64,000 nucleotides of DNA from Alphaproteobacteria bacterium (GCA_963422645.2 CAXXVO010000021.1:64001-128000), one strand, 5' to 3'. Positions 49,949-60,257 are shown, counted from the stretch's first letter. Numbers and translations: made by a program. Notes: generated from the sequence alone by a model not told the origin.

Positions 49949-51454
49949 ATGAGCAATCCCGAGTCGCCGCGCGGCCCTTCGACGGGAGCAGCGCCCGAAA
50001 CGCCCGCGCAGAAGATCGCCCGCCTGGAGGAGGAGAACGCCCGGCTTCGGGAGGAAAATGCCTGGCTTCGGCAGCAGAACGCGCGGCTGGAAGAGCAAGT
50101 CGCGCGTCTCGTCGAGCGCATCGAGGAGTTGGAGCGCCGTCTCGGCCTCAACAGCGGCAACAGCGGCAAGCCGCCTTCGAGCGATGGGCTGAGGAAGCCG
50201 AATTCGAAGCGGCGAACCCGAAGCCTGCGCGGCAAATCGGGCCGCAAGCCCGGTGGCCAGCCCGGCCACAAGGGCAAGACGCTGCGCCGCGCCGATCACC
50301 CGGATCGGGTGAAGGATCACGTCCCGGCTTCCTGCAAGGGATGCGGTTCGCCGCTTTCGGACGCGGCCAGGGCGGGAACGCCCGTCGCCCGCCAGGTGTT
50401 CGATCTGCCCGAGCCGAGCCCCCTGGAGGTGACCGAGCACCGGGCGCATGCCAAGTGCTGCGGGCATTGCGGGACGGTGACCCGGGCGGCGTTCCCCGAC
50501 GGGGTGTCGGCGCCGGTGCAGTACGGCCCGCGCATTGCCGGGGTGGCGGTCTACCTTCAGCACGCTCACTTCCTGCCGGAGGATCGGCTGTCGCAGGTGA
50601 TGGCCGAGCTCTTCGGCGCGCCGGTGACGGCTGCGACGTTGGCGACGATGAGCGAGAGGGCGGCCGAGCGGCTGCGGGACGCGGCCTTGCACATACAGGA
50701 CCTGGCGGCGGGCACGGCGCGGGTGAAACACATGGACGAGACCGGCTTGCGGATCGGCGGTCAGACGCAGTGGCTTCATGTGATCTGCACGCCGCTGCTG
50801 GCGGCGTACCGGGTCAGCGGCAAGCGCGGCGCCCTGCTCTCGGGTGTCTCCGGCATCGTCGTGCACGATCACTGGAAGCCGTACTTCGCGATGGAAGGGG
50901 TGGAGCACGGCCTGTGCAACGCCCATCACCTGCGGGAGTTGCAGGCGCTGGTGGACATCGAAGGGGAGGCTTGGGCCCGGCGGATGCAGCAGCTCCTGCG
51001 CCGAGCCAATCGCGCCGCCCGCATCGCGCTGGACAAGGATATCGCCGTTCCGGCGAGGCTTGTGGCGCTGATCGAGCGCCGATACGACGAGATCATCGCC
51101 GATGCGCTGGCCTTTCACGAGAGCCAACCACCGTTCTCGCCTGGCAAGAGGAAGAAGCGCCGGAAGCGAAGGATCGGTCACAATCTGGCCTTGAGGCTGC
51201 GCGACCACAAATGCGCGGTGCTCCGGTTCCTGATCGACCTCGAGGTCGGGTTCACGAACAACGAGGCCGAGCGCGACCTTCGGATGATGAAGCTGCGCCA
51301 GAAGATCTCCGGGGGCTTCCGGTCCGCGCAGGGGGCCGAGAACTTCGCCATCCTGCGCAGCGTCATCACCACCGCCAGAAAGCAGGGCTGGAATATCATC
51401 GAAGCCCTGACCAGCCCATCGGATCGGCTCATCGCCACCGTCAAGTGCGCGTAA
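49949..51454 (+). CDS. IS66 transposase
   Basis: NSGKPPSSD, HMDETG, CNAHHLREL, TNNEAERDLR. Confidence 0.95.
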   Translation: MSNPESPRGPSTGAAPETPAQKIARLEEENARLREENAWLRQQNARLEEQVARLVERIEELERRLGLNSGNSGKPPSSDGLRKPNSKRRTRSLRGKSGRKPGGQPGHKGKTLRRADHPDRVKDHVPASCKGCGSPLSDAARAGTPVARQVFDLPEPSPLEVTEHRAHAKCCGHCGTVTRAAFPDGVSAPVQYGPRIAGVAVYLQHAHFLPEDRLSQVMAELFGAPVTAATLATMSERAAERLRDAALHIQDLAAGTARVKHMDETGLRIGGQTQWLHVICTPLLAAYRVSGKRGALLSGVSGIVVHDHWKPYFAMEGVEHGLCNAHHLRELQALVDIEGEAWARRMQQLLRRANRAARIALDKDIAVPARLVALIERRYDEIIADALAFHESQPPFSPGKRKKRRKRRIGHNLALRLRDHKCAVLRFLIDLEVGFTNNEAERDLRMMKLRQKISGGFRSAQGAENFAILRSVITTARKQGWNIIEALTSPSDRLIATVKCA

Positions 51455-51692
51455 GCTCACCTGGCACGGGTTCTCCAACAGCGGAGCCATTCTCATAAAC
51501 GATCATGGTCGACGCCGTGCTGGACCACCCCATAGAATGAAAATCGGTGCCCGTCGCGCGGGCGGACTTCGGGCCACATCGGGGTAGCTTACCGGTCGCA
51601 GTCCGCAAGAGGGGCATCGTGAGCTGTGAAACCCGGCGACCACAGAGGAGCACACGGGCGTCGCGTGGGTAGCGTTGTGCCGAATCCCAGAG

Positions 51693-51753
51693 AATTTTCA
51701 CAGCAAGAACCTGGGCAGTTACAAATTTTCACAGCAAGAACCTGGGCAGTTAC
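51693..51753. repeat. 30-bp tandem duplication of IS66 right end
   Basis: AATTTTCACAGCAAGAACCTGGGCAGTTAC x2 separated by one A. Confidence 0.95.
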
Positions 51754-51808
51754 CTAGAAAGCCCCCACCGGCCTTGACACGGGCGGCGGGGCGCGGAGAG
51801 TGCGGGCC

Positions 51809-52669
51809 ATGGACGCCGACGCGATCAAGCGTGAAACCGAGCTCGTTCGGGCCGACTGGGCTGGGCGCGGGCGCCATTGGGACCGGCGAGCCGACGAGAT
51901 CGCCGAGCAGGCGGCGCGCATGAATGCACCGCTGATCGAGGCGGCCGACATCGCGCCGGGCCAGCGGGTCTGCGACATCGCCACAGGCGCCGGCGAGCCT
52001 GCGCTCAGTGTCGCAGCCCTGGTGGGCGCGGAAGGCCGTGTCTTCGGCACCGACCTTTGCCCCGAGATGATGCTGGGCGCCCGGCGCCGGGCCGCTGCCC
52101 AGGGGCTTCGCAACATCACCTTCAGGACCGCCGACATGCTGGCGCTGCCCGATTCGGAGTCAGCGTTCGACCGGGTGATCTGCCGCTTTGGCCTGATGTT
52201 CTGTCCGACGCCAGCGCGCGCCGCTGCCGAGGCCAGGCGCGTGCTCAAGCCCGGCGGCCGGGTGGCTTATCTGGTCTGGGGCCCGCGCGAGGAGACCACC
52301 ATGTTCGTCGTCTTCGTCGCTGCCGCCGAATCCGTGCTGGGCCCTCTCGATACGCTGGACGACATCGACCTCGCCCGGCCCTTCTCGCTCGGCACCCCTG
52401 GCGCGCTCGTCCAGGCGCTCGGCGACGGCGGCCTGGCGGACGTGGAAGAGCGCGAGGTCCGCTTCGCGCCCCGGGTGCCGGCGCAGGCGCCCTTCTGGCA
52501 GGCCCAGTTCGACATGACCTTCGGCCGCGCCCTGGATGGCACCTCGGAGGCAACGCAGAGTGCCCTGAAAGAAGCCGTCGCGGCGGGCTTCGAGCGCCTG
52601 AGAGAGGGCGACGAAGTCCCGATGAACGTTCATGTGCGGATCGGCACAGGCGTGAAGCCGGCAGACTGA
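51809..52669 (+). CDS. Class I SAM-dependent methyltransferase (UbiE-like)
   Basis: DIATGAGEP, FDRVICRFGLMF, LKPGG. Confidence 0.9.
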   Translation: MDADAIKRETELVRADWAGRGRHWDRRADEIAEQAARMNAPLIEAADIAPGQRVCDIATGAGEPALSVAALVGAEGRVFGTDLCPEMMLGARRRAAAQGLRNITFRTADMLALPDSESAFDRVICRFGLMFCPTPARAAAEARRVLKPGGRVAYLVWGPREETTMFVVFVAAAESVLGPLDTLDDIDLARPFSLGTPGALVQALGDGGLADVEEREVRFAPRVPAQAPFWQAQFDMTFGRALDGTSEATQSALKEAVAAGFERLREGDEVPMNVHVRIGTGVKPAD

Positions 52670-52784
52670 GCCCGCGCCTAAGCCGGCGCCAGGATCGCCA
52701 GGATCGGCCCGCCCCATAAATATTTGTGGTAAAACAGCGCGTTACGCGCGATTAGCGTCGTCTGGAGACACTCGTCATTCGAAT

Positions 52785-52973
52785 TTACCCGGAGTGTGCG
52801 TGCCCGCTCTCCAGCCGCGCGATCTCGTCCTTGAGCCGGAGCTTCTGGCGCTTGAGCTCCTGAATTTCGAGATCGTCGCCGCGGCCTGCGAGCGTGTCGA
52901 TTTTCGCATTGAGCGACTGATGTTCGGCGCGCAACGCCTCCAGGCTCTGCGCGATCGAGTCCTGATCGGTCAT
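52785..52973 (-). CDS. DUF465/YdcH family small protein
   Basis: EHQSL..KI..LKRQKLRLKDEI. Confidence 0.88.
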   Translation of the reverse strand: MTDQDSIAQSLEALRAEHQSLNAKIDTLAGRGDDLEIQELKRQKLRLKDEIARLESGHAHSG

Positions 52974-53065
52974 TCGTCCCCCTTCGTGCTGTCCAAGTCG
53001 GAGCGTCGACGCCCGACTCTACGGATATAGTGGCAGAAGGCCGGCGCGAAAAGGCGTCGCGGCGC

Positions 53066-54424
53066 TCAAATGGTCTCGAAATAGCGCTCGAACTCCCAGG
53101 CGCTGATCTGGCTTTTCTGCCAAGTGCGCCAGAGATCGATCTCGGCCCGGCGTGAGAGCGCGTAGTGATCCACGAAGCGGTCGCCGAAGGCGCGTCGCAG
53201 GAAGGCGGAGCTCTCGAAGGCCTCCACTGCGTCCTCCAGGGTGGCCGGCAGCTTGGTATAGCTCTCGTCGAGCGCCGCGTTGCCGGTGCAGAGCGGCGGC
53301 GGCGCAAGGCCGCGCTCGATGCCGTCGAGGCCGGCGGCCAGCATGCCGCCGACGGCGAGATAGGCATTGGCATCGGCGCCCGGCAGCCGGTTCTCGAAGC
53401 GCGCACCGTGGGGGGTGGGCCGGGTGATCAGCCGCAACGCCGCGCTGCGATTGTCGTCGCCCCAGGATGCGTTCTCGGGCACCCAGTGCTGCCAGTCGCG
53501 GCGCCGGAACGAGTTGATGTTGGGCGTGCAGAGCGCGACCAGCGCCGGCAGATGCTCGATCTGGCCGGCGGCATACTGCCTGGCAGTCTCGCTCACACCG
53601 CCGCCGTCCCAGAACGCATTCTCCCGGTCCTGCCAGAGGCTCTGGTGGACGTGCCCGCCCGAGCCCGGCAGGTCGGCATCGAGCTTGGCCATGAAGGTCG
53701 CGATCATGCCGCGCTCGGCGCAGAGCTCCTTGAGGTAGGTTTTCGCGCGTATGGCCCCGTCGGCGGCGGCGAGCGCAGGGGCATGGGCCAGCGCAAACTC
53801 GATGGCGCCGTGGCCGAGCTCCGTGTGCATGGAAACCACCGGCGTGCCCACCTCCTCCATGCGCTGCATGAAGGTCTCGAACACCGCGCGAAGCGCAGGC
53901 AGGCGCACCAGGCTGTAGGCGTTGCGCCCGCGCGAGACAGGTTGGAGGGTGGCCGGCGAGGCAGGCGAGGCGTTGTCGTCCGCATAATAGACGAAGACCT
54001 CGTACTCGAGCGCGAAACGCGGCTCGAAGCCCATTGCGGCGGCCTTATCGGCGGCATGCCGGAGCATCGTGCGCGGGCACTCCGGCGTCATGGTGCCGTT
54101 GGCGTCGTGGATATCGAGGATGGCCGCCACCGTGTCCGGTCGCCAGGGCAGGCGGCAGACGGTGGCGGGGTCCGGTTTCCCGTAAACGTCGGCGAAGCCG
54201 TTCTCGTAGGACGAGAAGGGCGAGAGGTAGACATCGTCCGCCGTGGTCAGCCCGTAGATGATGTTGGACCACCCGACCTCGCCGGAGAGACCCTTGTCCA
54301 GCGCGAGCAGTTTGCCGCGCAGCCCGCCGTCCAGGTCCGGCGTCTCGACCTGGACGAAGCGCACGCCTTCGGAGCGCATCCGCTCGCGCACCGCCGCCAA
54401 TCCCTCATTCGCCGTCGCGCTCAT
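53066..54424 (-). CDS. Glutamine synthetase family protein (gamma-glutamyl-amine ligase-like)
   Basis: LRGK, EYE, HTELG..IE, GSGGHVHQSL, NRSAALR, ENRLPGADANAY. Confidence 0.9.
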   Translation of the reverse strand: MSATANEGLAAVRERMRSEGVRFVQVETPDLDGGLRGKLLALDKGLSGEVGWSNIIYGLTTADDVYLSPFSSYENGFADVYGKPDPATVCRLPWRPDTVAAILDIHDANGTMTPECPRTMLRHAADKAAAMGFEPRFALEYEVFVYYADDNASPASPATLQPVSRGRNAYSLVRLPALRAVFETFMQRMEEVGTPVVSMHTELGHGAIEFALAHAPALAAADGAIRAKTYLKELCAERGMIATFMAKLDADLPGSGGHVHQSLWQDRENAFWDGGGVSETARQYAAGQIEHLPALVALCTPNINSFRRRDWQHWVPENASWGDDNRSAALRLITRPTPHGARFENRLPGADANAYLAVGGMLAAGLDGIERGLAPPPLCTGNAALDESYTKLPATLEDAVEAFESSAFLRRAFGDRFVDHYALSRRAEIDLWRTWQKSQISAWEFERYFETI

Positions 54425-55491
54425 TGCGTTGTCCCCACGCCGGCCGCCGCCGGCTTCTCATAGCCCACGCTGGTATAGGCCTCCACCGGCACCAGCGCGG
54501 GGTCCTTGTAGACCGACCAGCGGCAGACGCCGCCCTGCCTCGCCTCGGGCCAGGTCGGCGGGTCGATCACCCGCGTCGGGTAGCCGAAGCGGCGGATCGG
54601 CATGTGCTGGTTCAGCTGGCAGCAATGGACGCAATAGACGCAGACGCCTTTCTTGCCCCAGGCCCAGTCATGGGCCTCGGTGGTCACGGCAAAGCCGTAC
54701 GGGGGTGCCATGCGGGGTCCCTTTGGGTCCGCGTCGCGATAGGTCCGCCCGCCGGAGCCGCAGGGGTCGAAGCTCAGCACCCAGCGGTCCGCCTCCTCCA
54801 CGATCTCGATGGCGCCCATGCGCCCCGGCCCGCTCAGATGGCCGCGCAGCGAGAGCGCGGCGATCAGGATCAGCCGGTGCATCGAGCGGGGCCACGGGTG
54901 CGTGGCGGTGTCGTAGACGTCGTAGGTCTCGTACATCGGCGCCATCAGCTCGTCCCAGAGCGGGCCGATGCGGCGCTCGCCCAGGTGGCGGACCACGAGG
55001 TCGAGCATCCCGTAGACCAGGTCGCAGCCCCGGTCGTGAGTCTCGAGCCAGAGCGTGCGGGCGCGCTCCAGGTGCTCGCGGGCCCCCGCCGCATCGCCGG
55101 CACCGCACGCCGCCTCGACCTCATCGATCGCGGCCGTGTAGGCGGCCCAGCCCGCGTGGATGTCGAAGGGCTCGCCGGCCTCGCCCGCCAGCAGCCCGGC
55201 CAAGCGGGCCTCGCCCGCCGCTATTGCAGCCTCATCGACGCCTTCGCCGGCGAGCATTTCCCTGATCTGGTCGGTCCAGAGGGCGTAGAGCTCGTAGCCC
55301 TCGCGGGCTTCTTCGACCGTGTGGCGGGCGAGCGCCGCGGCATCCGCGAGGCGGCCGTCGTCAAGCGCTGCGGCTGCCAGCGTGTATGACGACGCGGCAT
55401 GGTCCGCCCAGCCGCCGGCGCGCATCGGGTGTCCGATCACGGGATCGTCCACGAGTGGCCCCGCCGCGCCTCGGATCGCCTCCCCAGCCAC
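54421..55491 (-). CDS. Hypothetical protein with His/Cys cluster
   Basis: LRGH, DPCGSGGR, CVYCVHCC; overlaps GS-like gene start. Confidence 0.8.
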   Translation of the reverse strand: MAGEAIRGAAGPLVDDPVIGHPMRAGGWADHAASSYTLAAAALDDGRLADAAALARHTVEEAREGYELYALWTDQIREMLAGEGVDEAAIAAGEARLAGLLAGEAGEPFDIHAGWAAYTAAIDEVEAACGAGDAAGAREHLERARTLWLETHDRGCDLVYGMLDLVVRHLGERRIGPLWDELMAPMYETYDVYDTATHPWPRSMHRLILIAALSLRGHLSGPGRMGAIEIVEEADRWVLSFDPCGSGGRTYRDADPKGPRMAPPYGFAVTTEAHDWAWGKKGVCVYCVHCCQLNQHMPIRRFGYPTRVIDPPTWPEARQGGVCRWSVYKDPALVPVEAYTSVGYEKPAAAGVGTTQ

Positions 55492-55604
55492 GCTCTATCC
55501 TAGCCGATCTGCAGTCCACCGCTCCGCGGCGCCGCGGGGCGGCCTCAGGGTAGGAAATCGCGCGCCATCGGTAAAGGAGGGGCCCGCCGCGGCCCCGCGC
55601 CGGC

Positions 55605-56594
55605 TCAGCCGCCGGGCCGCTCCACCGTCAGCACCTGCTTGCCGACCACGCTGCGGCTGCGAAATGCGTCCAACGCCGTGGCTGCGTCTTCAAGGGGCAG
55701 GCGGCGGGAGACGAGGGGCTTCAGCGCGCCGGCCTCGTACCAGCGAAAGAGATCGCCGAAGTAGGCGCGGTTTGCGGCGCGGTTGCGCTGAGCGAAGGCG
55801 CCCCAGGCGACGCCGACCACGCTGATCTCCTTGAGCAGGATGATGTTGGTCTTGGCCTCGGCGATGCGGCCGGAAGCGAAACCGATGACCAGCAGCCGGC
55901 CGTTCCACGCGATGCAGCGCATGGACGTATCGAAGATGTCGCCGCCCACCGGGTCGTAGATCACGTCGGCGCCGCGCCCGTCGGTCACGGCCTTGACTCG
56001 CTCGCGCAGGTCTTCGGTGCGGTAGTTGACCAGGTGGTCGGCGCCGTGCTCCTGGGCGCGCGCGAGCTTCTCGTCGCTGCTGGCGGCCGCGATCACCGTG
56101 GCGCCGAGGCACTTGCCGATCTCCACGGCCGAGAGCCCGACCCCGCCCGAGGCGCCCTGGACCAGCAGCGTCTCGCCCTCGGCGAGCGCGCCCCGCCCGA
56201 CCAGTGCGTGGTAGCCGGTGGCGTAGACCACGGGGAAGGCCGCCGCGACATCGTAGGGCATGGCATCGGGAATGGGGATGACGCACTCCGCAGGCGCCAC
56301 CACCTCCTCGGCCATGCCGCCGTAGGACACGTAGGCGAGCACCCGGGTGCCGGGCTCGGGCGCGTCCACCCCCGGCCCGCACTCGGTGACGATCCCTGAG
56401 CATTCGAGGCCGGGGCTGAAGGGGAAGGGCGGCCTGACCTGATACTTGCCCTCGATCAGCAGGAGATCGGGAAAGTTCACGCCCGTCGCATGCACGGCAA
56501 TGCGGACGCTGCCGGGCTCGAGCGCGGGCGGCTCCACGTCTTGGAACGCAAGAGTTTCGGGCGGGCCGAAGGCCTTGCAGATAACCGCTTTCAT
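55605..56594 (-). CDS. NADPH:quinone oxidoreductase (MDR family)
   Basis: GVNFPD, PGLE, GASGGVG, YDPVGG, IGFASG. Confidence 0.93.
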   Translation of the reverse strand: MKAVICKAFGPPETLAFQDVEPPALEPGSVRIAVHATGVNFPDLLLIEGKYQVRPPFPFSPGLECSGIVTECGPGVDAPEPGTRVLAYVSYGGMAEEVVAPAECVIPIPDAMPYDVAAAFPVVYATGYHALVGRGALAEGETLLVQGASGGVGLSAVEIGKCLGATVIAAASSDEKLARAQEHGADHLVNYRTEDLRERVKAVTDGRGADVIYDPVGGDIFDTSMRCIAWNGRLLVIGFASGRIAEAKTNIILLKEISVVGVAWGAFAQRNRAANRAYFGDLFRWYEAGALKPLVSRRLPLEDAATALDAFRSRSVVGKQVLTVERPGG

Positions 56595-56642
56595 GGCGTC
56601 AGTCTCGTGGATGGCGGGTGAATGGCCGGAGGGTGGCGTCTC

Positions 56643-57167
56643 TCAGTCGAGCACCGTCCCGTCGCGGGCGAGCGGAGGCGCCACGGAACCGCCGTCGAAC
56701 TCCACCGTGGCGATCAGCTCGACGGAGTGGTTGACCGCGAGCCCGCGGCAGCCGATGGCGGCGCGCGTCGGCATCAGGCGCCGGCCGTAAAGCTCGACGA
56801 GCAGGTCGACGGCACCGTTGATGACGCGCGGCTGATCGACGAAATCCGGGCCTGAGTTCACGTAACCGGTGAGATGCAGCATCCGGTGCATGCGGTCGAG
56901 GTCGCCCAGCGCATACTTGATCAGGCCAAGGTAGCAGAGCATGCAATGGCGCGCCGCCTCGTAGCCCTCCTCGATGGTGCGGTCCTCGCCGAGGATCCCG
57001 GAGAGATAGGGCTTGCCGTCCTTCATGGGCGTGCAGCCCGAGAGGTAGAGCACGCGTCCCAGCGCGTGGTGGGAGACGTATTTCGCACCGGACGGGTTGG
57101 TGCCGTAACTGTCTTCCAGCCGGGGGAGCGTCAGGCCCGCGGCCTCGATCTTCTGCTCGATTGTCAT
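56643..57167 (-). CDS. RidA/YjgF family protein
   Basis: LYLSG, QPRVINGAVDLL, TRAAIG, SVEL. Confidence 0.9.
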   Translation of the reverse strand: MTIEQKIEAAGLTLPRLEDSYGTNPSGAKYVSHHALGRVLYLSGCTPMKDGKPYLSGILGEDRTIEEGYEAARHCMLCYLGLIKYALGDLDRMHRMLHLTGYVNSGPDFVDQPRVINGAVDLLVELYGRRLMPTRAAIGCRGLAVNHSVELIATVEFDGGSVAPPLARDGTVLD

Positions 57168-57241
57168 GGGCCGAGCATGGTGCGGGGGGCCGGCCAAGTC
57201 AACGACGGGGCCACCGCCGCCGCTTGGGCTATACTCGCGCG

Positions 57242-57616
57242 ATGGGCAGGCTGGAAGGCACCCGCGATGACGACGACCCGGCCACGCTTGCCAGCCGTTT
57301 CCTCGATCTCTGGCAGGAGGAGATCGCCGGCACCGGGCGGGGCGACGGTCCCGGCGCGCTCACGCTTCGCCTTGCCACCTTGCACCTCGCCGCGCTTGCG
57401 GGCGGCGGGGCGAGCGGCGCTCTGAATGCCGGCGCGGACGCCGGCACCGCCGCCCAGGCTCGGGCCGAGGCCGCTGCCGCTCCATCTGGGGATGGCGCTC
57501 AGCGGCTGGCTGAGTTCGCTCGCCGCCTTGCAGCTCTCGAGGAGCGGATCTCTGAACTGGCGGCGCGCGGACCAGGTGCAGGCGACAGCCCTTCAGGAGG
57601 CGCTGGCACAGGCTGA
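57242..57616 (+). CDS. Hypothetical protein preceding PhaC-like gene
   Basis: LASRFLDLWQE and RRLAALEERI coiled-coil; overlaps next ORF. Confidence 0.5.
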   Translation: MGRLEGTRDDDDPATLASRFLDLWQEEIAGTGRGDGPGALTLRLATLHLAALAGGGASGALNAGADAGTAAQARAEAAAAPSGDGAQRLAEFARRLAALEERISELAARGPGAGDSPSGGAGTG

Positions 57617-58655
57617 TCCTGAGGCGCTGGCCCGGGCGCTGGGTGCCGAAACGGCGGGTCGCATCGGCACCTTCCTCGCCGGCATCGAAGGCTACCGGAA
57701 CCACCCCTATCGTCGCCGTCTGGCGGACCCGCCGGTGCTCTGGCAGGCCGGAACGACGAGGGTGCTGGCCTTCGGCGGAGACGCGGCGGGGGCGCCCGTG
57801 TTGCTCGTGCCCTCGCTCATCAACCGCGCCTACATCCTCGATCTCACGGCAGAGCGCAGCCTCGCCCGCTATCTGCGCGACCGGGGCCTTCGGCCCTATC
57901 TGCTGGACTGGGGGGCGCCCGGCGCGGACGAACGCGAATTCGGGCTCGACGACTACGTCCTTGGCCGCCTCGCCCCGGCGCTGGGGGCGGTACACCGCGA
58001 CGCAGGCCGGCCCGTGGCGCTCGCCGGCTACTGCATGGGCGGCACCCTGGTGCTGCCGCTCGCCGGCCGTGAGGATGTGGCGGCGCTGGTCCTGCTGGCG
58101 ACGCCCTGGGATTTTTGGGCGGACGGTCGCCATCAGGCGCGCCTGATCGCGGCTCACCTGCCGGGTCTCACCGCCCTGATCGACGGCCTGGAGCAGCTAC
58201 CGCCCGATGCGCTGCAGGCCATGTTCGCCGCGCTCGACCCGCTGCTTGCGGCGCGCAAGTTCAGCGCCTTCGCCGCGCTTCCGCCAGCCTCGGCGGCGGC
58301 GCGCAACTTCGTGGCGTTGGAGGACTGGCTCAACGACGCCGTGCCGCTCACGGGCCCGGTCGCGAGAGCCTGCCTGAATGACTGGTACGGTGCGAACGCA
58401 CCCGCGCGCGGCAACTGGCGGGTGGGGGACGAGGCGGTCAGGCCCGAGCGCGTCACGTGCCCCGCGCTTAATGTCGTGCCGGCTCGCGACCGCATCGTCC
58501 CGCCGGATTCGGCAGAGGCGCTCGGCGAGGCGCTCCCCGATGTCGAGACCTGGCGCCCGCCGCTCGGCCATATCGGGATGATGGCCAGCCCCCGCGCCAA
58601 GCGCCTGCTCTGGCGCAAGCTCGCGGACTGGATCGCCGTCCACGCCAGCGCTTGA
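57426..58655 (+). CDS. PhaC-like alpha/beta hydrolase (PHA synthase family)
   Basis: VPSLINRAYILDL, GYCMGG, DRIVP, GHIG. Confidence 0.85.
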   Translation: MPARTPAPPPRLGPRPLPLHLGMALSGWLSSLAALQLSRSGSLNWRRADQVQATALQEALAQADPEALARALGAETAGRIGTFLAGIEGYRNHPYRRRLADPPVLWQAGTTRVLAFGGDAAGAPVLLVPSLINRAYILDLTAERSLARYLRDRGLRPYLLDWGAPGADEREFGLDDYVLGRLAPALGAVHRDAGRPVALAGYCMGGTLVLPLAGREDVAALVLLATPWDFWADGRHQARLIAAHLPGLTALIDGLEQLPPDALQAMFAALDPLLAARKFSAFAALPPASAAARNFVALEDWLNDAVPLTGPVARACLNDWYGANAPARGNWRVGDEAVRPERVTCPALNVVPARDRIVPPDSAEALGEALPDVETWRPPLGHIGMMASPRAKRLLWRKLADWIAVHASA

Positions 58656-58742
58656 AAAAGCGCGCACGCAAGCGCATATGAGGCGCACGCGCCGCCGCGG
58701 AATGGGTCCACGGCGGCGCGGATCATTGCCAGGGGAGAGAAG

Positions 58743-59465
58743 ATGAGTCGGGTCGCACTGGTGACGGGCGGAACGCGCGGTATTGGCGGCGCAATTTCGC
58801 TCGCGCTGAAGAACAATGGCTGCCAGGTGGCCGCCAACTACAACTCGAACGACGAGGCGGCCGAGCGCTTCCGCGAAGTCACCGGTATCGACGTTTACAA
58901 GTGGGACGTGAGCGACTTCGCGGCCTGCGAGGCGGGCATCGCCCAGATCGAGCAGGACCTGGGCCCCATCGACATCCTGGTGAACAACGCCGGCATCACG
59001 CGCGACGGCACGCTCCAGAAGATGACGCCGGACAGATGGCAGGCGGTGCTCGACACCAATCTCGGCTCCTGCTTCAACCTCTGCCACGCAACCTTCCCCG
59101 GCATGCGGGCGCGCAAGTTCGGCCGCGTGGTCAATATCGGCTCGATCAACGGCCAAGCCGGCCAGTACGGCCAGGTCAACTACGCCGCGGCGAAATCCGG
59201 CATCCACGGCTTCACCAAGGCGCTGGCGCAGGAAGGCGCGCGCCACGGCATCACCGTGAACGCGGTTGCCCCGGGCTATGTCGATACCGAGATGGTGCGC
59301 GCGGTTCCTGAGGCGGTGCTGGAGAAAATCGTCGCCAGCATCCCCGTGGGCCGGCTCGGCCGCGCCGAGGACATCGCGCGGGCGGTACTCTTCCTCACCG
59401 CAAACGACGCGGACTTCATCACCGGATCGACGCTCTCGGTGAACGGCGGCCACCACATGTACTGA
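58743..59465 (+). CDS. phbB: Acetoacetyl-CoA reductase
   Basis: TGGTRGIG, NNAGITRD, SINGQAGQYGQVNYAAAK. Confidence 0.93.
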   Translation: MSRVALVTGGTRGIGGAISLALKNNGCQVAANYNSNDEAAERFREVTGIDVYKWDVSDFAACEAGIAQIEQDLGPIDILVNNAGITRDGTLQKMTPDRWQAVLDTNLGSCFNLCHATFPGMRARKFGRVVNIGSINGQAGQYGQVNYAAAKSGIHGFTKALAQEGARHGITVNAVAPGYVDTEMVRAVPEAVLEKIVASIPVGRLGRAEDIARAVLFLTANDADFITGSTLSVNGGHHMY

Positions 59466-59488
59466 GTCCTACCGACGGGAGCACGCGC

Positions 59489-60211
59489 ATGGGACGGCTA
59501 GCGCTCATCACCGGGGGCACGCGCGGCATCGGCGCCGGCATCGCGCGTGCCTTGCAGGAGGCCGGCCACCCGGTGGTGGTCAACTACCACGCCGATGAGG
59601 CGTGCGCCGCCGCCTTCACGGCGGACTCCGGCATCCCGGCGCTGAAGTGGGACGTGAGCGAGGGCGAAGCCTGCCGGGCTGGGATCGCGGCGGTCGAGGC
59701 CGAACACGGCCCGGTCGAGATTCTCGTCAACAACGCGGGCACGGTCTCCGACAACAAGTTCGAGAACATGACCGACGACCAGTGGCAGCGGGTGGTCCGG
59801 GTCAATCTCGATTCCGTCTTCTACATGTCGAAGGCGGTCTATCCCGGCATGCTGGAGCGGGGCTGGGGCCGCATCATCCAGATCGGCTCGATGAACGGCC
59901 AGGCCGGCCAGCTCAACCAGGTCAACTACGTCGCCGCCAAGGCCGGCATGCACGGCTTCACCAAGGCGCTGGCGCAGGAAGGGGCGAAGCACGGGATCAC
60001 GGTCAACACCGTGGCGCCGGGCTATGTCGATACCTACCTGATGCGCGATATGCCCGAGCGGATCGCGAAGAAGATCATCGACAAGTCCCCGATCCGCCGC
60101 ATGGGGTACGAGGAGGAGGTGGCCCATGCCGTGCTCTTCCTCATTGACAACAAGGCGGCCTGGACCACCGGCTCCACCATCACCATGAACGGCGGCACCC
60201 ACATGTATTAG
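59489..60211 (+). CDS. phbB: Second acetoacetyl-CoA reductase-like SDR
   Basis: TGGTRGIG, SMNGQAGQLNQVNYVAAK; tandem paralog. Confidence 0.8.
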   Translation: MGRLALITGGTRGIGAGIARALQEAGHPVVVNYHADEACAAAFTADSGIPALKWDVSEGEACRAGIAAVEAEHGPVEILVNNAGTVSDNKFENMTDDQWQRVVRVNLDSVFYMSKAVYPGMLERGWGRIIQIGSMNGQAGQLNQVNYVAAKAGMHGFTKALAQEGAKHGITVNTVAPGYVDTYLMRDMPERIAKKIIDKSPIRRMGYEEEVAHAVLFLIDNKAAWTTGSTITMNGGTHMY

Positions 60212-60257
60212 ATGGGGTCGCGGGCCGCCTCATCGCAGCCTGCTACCATACCCGGCC

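Larger units (their letters stand above)
49835..51753 (+). mobile_element. IS66 family element (single-ORF type)
   Basis: GTAACTGCCCAGG left IR; CCTGGGCAGTTAC right IR present twice (ends 51722, 51753). Confidence 0.92.
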
